DNA of 27,932 bases, taken from Octopus sinensis (Eukaryota). The notes beneath the pieces are model-generated. The model made no database searches. It saw only the letters and a list, made by a program, of their open reading frames with translations, and was not told where the DNA came from. The DNA is taken from contig NW_021827546.1 in NCBI RefSeq assembly GCF_006345805.1, forward strand, positions 1-27,932, in the 5' to 3' direction. Below, one piece after another: positions 23,050 through 27,932 of this stretch (positions are counted from its first letter, which is position 1; each line of letters opens with the position of its first letter). The position numbers and the translations under genes were made by a program.

Positions 23050-25200
23050 ATGGTGGAGGAGTTCAAAGCTTCATTGCGAGACCTGACGGGGAACAGCAAG
23101 CCAATGATCCGATTCCTGACATGTCTAGCAGAAGACTACATAGAGGAAGCACCTGGAATAGTGAAGGCGATAGAAGAAAGAATATCGTTGGTGTCCACAC
23201 GTGAGAAACTGTCTTGTTATACTTGATGGACTCGGTGATAAAGAGCACAGAGAATGGGACATATGCGAGTCTGTTCGCAGGGATGGAATGTGGTGTGGAC
23301 AGTCCAAGCAGTGTTCAGTGGGGGGGTAAGGAGGGGAGTGATTGGTAGGCGACGAGAGATTAAAGCAGGATTTGTTCAAACTACGCAAGACGTGGATTGA
23401 CGTGTTCCCCGAGGACGTGTTGTGGCGACTGGACGAGGAATTGAACAGGCAAGACGGAGAGTGGCCAGTGAGCCGCCCTGTGGAGGACAGACTACGCAAA
23501 GTGGAAGCCGAACTGGCGGCTGCGAACAAATTGATAGCGCGACTGCAGGGAGAACTGGGGAAAGTGAGGCCTTTCTTGTTGCCGAATCCGGGTAAACTGC
23601 CGGAGGAGGTGGAGAATGACCCCCGCTATGGCCAGTTGTATAAGACTGAGGGGGATGAAGAATTGGTCATCAATGACGTGTCCTTCCCACTCACCATCGG
23701 GTCCTCCAGGGTGGTCGACGTGGGGTCCATCCGCCGAGTCCATGTGGAGTGTGATCGGGCTGGCAGAGTGCTTGTTGATGGACGCACAGTCTACAATATT
23801 GGCGAGCCTATTCGAGACGTCCAAATCCGCTCCACTCACTGCAAAGTCTTTTTCCATGGAGCATTCCGTCCCCTCTGGATTGACTCCTCCCTGGTGGAGG
23901 CCAGAGCAGACGCACCTCCCATGCAGTGTGGCAGATGGGAGATCGAGTGGAAAGTCCACCAACAATGTCATCATGGACGGACAGGTCGTCGCCCAGTACG
24001 GTGGTTGCCCTGTCACCCTTCCTGATGGACACACACTCAGATTCCGTCCACCTCCCAAATGGTCATCATCGATGGCCGAATCACACTGTTGTCTTCGATG
24101 AGCTCATTCCCTTCGTCTATGTCGCCCACCAGGCCAGAGCAGCCGTCTCTTCTTCCCCGGATTCCGTGATCTCACCATGACCACACCACCTACATCTCGG
24201 ACGACCAAGCCCACTCAACTCGACATTGATGGGGTCACCAGGACTGTCTCCTTCGGTGGGCCTTGTCACGAGTTGATCATTGGCCACATGTTCTATGAAA
24301 TTGGTTTGGGGATCCTCCCAGAGTTGTCCACTTGTTTGGACTCCCTCACTCCATTGCCTTGTCTGGTCTCCTCGCTTCTCTATTCAGGCCCGTCCCACAA
24401 ATCAAACTTCTGGCTGAGATCCCTGCCTTCACCTACCAATTCAAGGCCGGGGGAAGTACACACAACCCACCACTCTAGTTACTCTCCTCCATATTGTAGC
24501 TGACAATGAAGGGGCATCTACTAAGCGACACATTCCGGTTTGTCTTGCAATGAAGTGTAGAGGCAGCAGACAGGAAATGTGAGAACGGTATTCTAGAGTG
24601 TTGATGACTTGTATTTGATGAATAAATCTGTTGTTGTTGATATGTGTGATAGGGGGACAGTCCGGTCGATCTCACTCTGGAGAGTCTATCGAGGGTACTC
24701 CCACTTTGTATTGTCCTAGACCCCCGGATGCATTCGTGAGACTCTCTACGACGTGGTGTGGCCTGTGGTCATGTGCATTTCGCTTCAGGGACGGGCAGGC
24801 AGAGTTGTACAAGAGACACCTGGACAGACACTTGCGAGCTAACCAACAGGTGGAGAAGAGGAGTGCTGCTGTGACCAATGTCGGGGGTCTATACAGAAAG
24901 CATGCTGTAGTGGTGTGTGTGGATTTTTGGTAGGACTGGATTTGGGGTGTGAGAGACCAGAAGTAGTAGCCTGAGGCCGCAGATGTTAGTGGATGTGAGG
25001 ACGTACAGATTGGGTGTACAAGTCGATGTTGTGTGTTGCAATGAGGGGTCGGAGGCACTGTGAGGAGGACGAAGGCTGGGTCTTGAAGGATGCCATCCGC
25101 GTGGGTGAATTGGTAGTTGTCTTTTTGGATGTTCTTAGGAATACCACCAAAAGTGTTACAAGGGATATGCTATTTGACTATTTGTTGAACTTTTTACTTT
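23050..25200 (+). CDS. PCF11: Pre-mRNA cleavage factor Pcf11; frameshifted in this sequence
   Basis: CID: EFKASLRDLTGNSKPMIRFLTCLAED...LMDSVIK, LFKLRKTWIDVFPEDVLWRLD...DGEWPV. C-terminal Zn-finger region: SCAFRFRDGQAELYKRHLDRH.R.N and EDEGWVLKDAIRV. Intron at 23326-23348. Confidence 0.9.
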
Positions 25201-25464
25201 AGACAGTTCTGATTAAATGTAAGTCTGGCTATAGTAGTGTAGATAAGTTAGCACGTGAATAAATAACGGAAAGATATCTGGTGTATCCTGCCATGCCTGT
25301 CCTTTATTCATAGTTTTTTAAGCCAGGAAAGAATCAAATATATAGTACTAGCTCGGCAGTCGCTTCGCTCACCGCGACTAGCTCCTGCGGAGGGCCTGTT
25401 TCATCAAACAACTATAAGTTTATGTAGATGTATAAACTACCTGGTTTAATGTAACCCTATTCTA

Positions 25465-25935
25465 TCCGCCTGTTGATAAACGATGTTGTCGTCCGTCCTT
25501 CCTGGCATATATGAATAAATTTTCTCTCTGCCTACCCTCGAGCATCCCACATACAGCTGTCCTGTGAAAAGCACTCACTCTCTAAAAAAATAACCCAACT
25601 ACCTTTAATGACTGTCCCTGGGCCTTGTTTATTGTCATTGCAAAACTCATCCTCAAAGGAATTGCAGCCTTTTAAATCTAAATGGTAATTCATCAGAAAT
25701 TATCGGAATTCGTGGAAATATAAACATCCTCACCTCTATACTTACCTGTGAATATCGTCGCCTCTATTACGTTAGCCATCAAATTTTGATAACTAACCTC
25801 GCTCCGTTGCATAATTAGGGTGGCGAAGATTTCGTAATAAACCACTGGAACGCCTATCTTAACTTTAAAAGATGATTCGGCATTCCCGGGGATCTAAGGA
25901 GTTTAAAAATTCGATCCGGTTGAATTTGTAGAAAA
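25465..25935 (-). pseudogene. Helitron RepHel PIF1-like helicase C-terminus (not in the ORF track)
   Basis: Across several frameshifts: PIEFLNSLDP.GMPNHLLKLKIGVP..LLRNL....LCNGARL...LMANVIEATIFTGKYRGEDVYIPRIPIISDELPFRFKRLQFPLRMSFAMTINKAQGQSLKVVGL.LESECFS.GQLYVGCSRVG...NIVYQQA. Confidence 0.92.
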
Positions 25936-26151
25936 TAAACAAAAAAAATAAAAAAACAAATAATTTAAAAACAAAAAAATAAAAAAAACAAAAAAAAAAA
26001 CTTTAAAATTTGTAAAAAAGTATAAACAAAAAAAATCTTTGCCGCCACGGCAACAAACTGTCTAATTTTTTAACAGCCAGTTAAGATAATGCTTAAGAGC
26101 CTTTATAGTCCGGAGATTTAGCTTAGTGACCTTGATTAGACAAACCACTGG

Positions 26152-26226
26152 CGGAGATGGGGCAGCCGGAGATGGGGCAGCCGGAGATGGGGCAGCCGGA
26201 GATGGGGCAGCCGGAGATGCGGCAGG
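26152..26226. repeat. 15-bp GC-rich minisatellite (cggagatggggcagc) x4 plus one diverged unit
   Basis: Directly visible. Reads PAAPS repeats on the minus strand and GDGAA on the plus strand. Confidence 0.95.
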
Positions 26227-26299
26227 CAGAGTAGCAGCAGCCAAAAGCGACACACAAAAAAGATTTAATTACCTTAAGCTGACCGTTTTTTCTTCAGCT

Positions 26300-26520
26300 T
26301 CGTTTTTCCTCCTTCGGTTATCTATTTAAAAAATTATTTTTGAATATAAAAAAGTTTAGGATAAGAGGCTACCGAAAATAAATTCTATCTTTACGAAAAA
26401 CTTCTTTTCTTAAGGTCGTCTTCCCTCCTTCGGTTATCTATTGAAAAAATTATTTTTGAATAATACAAAGTTTAGGAAAAGAGGCATACCGAAAATAAAT
26501 TCTATCTTTACGAAAAACTT
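26300..26520. repeat. Tandem duplication, period ~116 bp, 2 copies
   Basis: 26300-26403 versus 26416-26520: ctccttcggttatctatt...ccgaaaataaattctatctttacgaaaaactt. Confidence 0.93.
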
Positions 26521-26564
26521 AACTAAATAGTTAATATTTTTACGCAAATTCTTCTGATTGCGCT

Positions 26565-26798
26565 GTCAATTGGTGGTAAATTGTGTTAATGATTGTGCTA
26601 ATGTGGTTTCAACTATCAAAGTGTTTTTCAAAATCTGTTAATTGCACACTCTATTCAAGGTCGTGCGTCAATTGGTGGTAAATTGTGTTAATGATTGTGC
26701 TAATGTGGTTTCAACTATCAAAGTGGTTTTTCAAAATCTGCTAATTGCACACTCTATTCAAAGTCGTGCAATCTGTAATTGCACATTCTGTCAAAGTC
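26565..26798. repeat. Tandem duplication, period ~102 bp, 2 copies plus a partial
   Basis: gtcaattggtggtaaattgtg...ctctattcaa.gtcgtgc at 26565-26666 and 26667-26769; diverged partial copy to 26798. Confidence 0.94.
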
Positions 26799-26977
26799 AA
26801 ATATGATAATAGCTTTAATTTTGATTCATGTCGATAATGGTATATGCATTTAATTTTAAGAGAAAAACATAGGATGAATTGAATTTCTTTATCGCGAATA
26901 ATTGGGAGTTCATCATTGTTAATATTCTCGCTGTCGTTTTCATCAAGGATATTCTTAATACGTGAGATTTTTGCCTC

Positions 26978-27665
26978 GAAGGTTTTAATGGACCTCATCA
27001 TGAATGTCGAGGACATTAACGTTGTTCATTTTAATCAAATGCAGAAATAATTTTTTGATTTTTTGGCGGAAGGTTTTAAGGACCTCATCATGTAAGTCGA
27101 GGACATTGTAGTTGTTCATTTTAACCAAAATGCAGAAATTTTTTTAATTTTTTTGGGGGAAGGTTTTAAGGACTTCATCATGTAAGTCGAGGACATTGTA
27201 GTTCTTCATTTTAACCAAAATGCAGAAATTTTTTTTTTAATTTTTTTTGGGGGAAGGTTTTAAGGACCTCATCATGTAAGTCGAGGACATCGTAGTTGTT
27301 CATTTTAACCAAAATGCAGAAATTTTTTTTAATTTTTTTGGGGGAAGGTTTTAAGGACTTCATCATGTAAGTCGAGGACATCGTAGTTCTTCATTTTAAC
27401 CAAAATGCAGAAATTTTTTTTTTAATTTTTTTTGGGGGAAGGTTTTAAGGACCTCATCATGTAAGTCGAGGACATCGTAGTTGTTCATTTTAACCAAAAT
27501 GCAGAAATTTTTTTTTTGATTTTTTTGGGGGAAGGTTTTAAGGACCTCATCATGTAAGTCGAGGACATCGTAGTTGTTCATTTTAACCAAAATGCAGAAA
27601 TTTTTTTTTAATTTTTTTTGGGGGAAGGTTTCAAGGACCTCATCATGTAAGTCGAGGACATCGTA
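26978..27665 (-). repeat. ~92-bp satellite, 7 full units plus a partial
   Basis: gaagg unit starts at 26978, 27069, 27159, 27253, 27344, 27438, 27531 and 27624. Length variation is confined to T-tracts. Confidence 0.96.
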
Positions 27666-27687
27666 TTGCCAATTTGAAGTTGGTGTG

Positions 27688-27732
27688 CACACACAGACAG
27701 ACAGACAGACACACAGACAGACAGACAGACAC
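27688..27732. repeat. (CAGA)n/(CA)n compound microsatellite at the Helitron 5' end
   Basis: acacacagacagacagacagacacacagacagacagacagacac. Contracted to gtcgtctgtgtgtg in the 6283 copy. Confidence 0.95.
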
Positions 27733-27932
27733 CCCATACCATTTTATTATTAAGATATGTAATTTGTCGGTAGTTCGCTTCTTACTTTTTTTATTTATTA
27801 ACCATCAAGTTGCACATTATAGTTTCAAACCAAGCAAAAACAACAGTCACAACTAACTGATCAGATGAACAAAAGTGGAAAGAAAATGTTAGTGTCGATC
27901 CACATCTATCTACAAATCGTCATTGCAGATTT

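Larger units (their letters stand above)
25348..27755 (-). mobile_element. Internally deleted Helitron, 2408 bp
   Basis: 5' A|TC at 27755. 3' hairpin (agtcgc-ttcgctcacc-gcgact) followed by CTAG|T at 25348. AT target with no TSD. (GTCT)n microsatellite near the 5' end and a RepHel helicase remnant near the 3' end. Confidence 0.88.

Noticed and set aside
23125-24503. Overlapping ORFs of 60-190 aa on both strands across PCF11
   Set aside because: These are shadow frames of a GC-rich coding region. Only the frames carrying Pcf11 motifs are supported.
9150-25200. Alternative genetic code or programmed frameshifting to explain broken genes
   Set aside because: The breaks are mostly irregular indels rather than a consistent stop codon at conserved positions, and no recurring slippery motif is seen.
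25393-25440. gggcctgtttcatcaaac resembling a PIF/Harbinger TIR
   Set aside because: No partner TIR or 3-bp TSD was found in the window.
25302-25525. Apparent inverted pair tttattcata..gccaggaa / ttcctggc..tatgaataaa suggesting a MITE
   Set aside because: The right-hand copy is Helitron helicase coding sequence (LFIYA..), and the spacing differs. Likely coincidence.
26978-27665. CRISPR-like array (conserved ~65 bp plus variable segment)
   Set aside because: The variable part is only T-tract length variation, not unique spacers. There are no cas genes and the context is eukaryotic with introns.

Overview
This is eukaryotic DNA, not prokaryotic. It is an AT-rich, transposon-dense region of an animal-type genome with very small (21-33 nt) GT-AG introns. 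A reduced parasite such as a myxozoan cnidarian is a plausible source, but that is inference only. Four host genes are recognisable by manual translation across frameshifts: POLR1C/RPAC1 (+, ~9150-10300), a kinesin-1-like gene (-, ~13930-17199), a CPEB remnant (+, ~17768-18210) and PCF11 (+, ~23050-25200). The rest is a nested transposon graveyard: two pogo/Tigger families, a Tc1 element, several hAT pieces, a Merlin transposase, two R4-like (RLE) non-LTR retrotransposons, other LINE fragments and weak Gypsy remnants. The ORF track misses the most notable structure, a 2.4-kb internally deleted Helitron (25348-27755, minus strand). It has both termini and a frameshifted PIF1-like helicase C-terminus, and it carries a ~92-bp satellite with dimeric higher-order structure plus three other tandem repeats. 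A second copy of its 5' end (from 6283) hosts a Tigger, which in turn hosts a Tc1 with an apparent AA target duplication. The kinesin appears to lack switch I and has a degenerate switch II. Dense single-base frameshifts in normally essential genes suggest patchy consensus error, so fine-scale claims need read-level checks. No database searches were run; family calls come from remembered consensus motifs. I found no CRISPR array or other new defence-type system.
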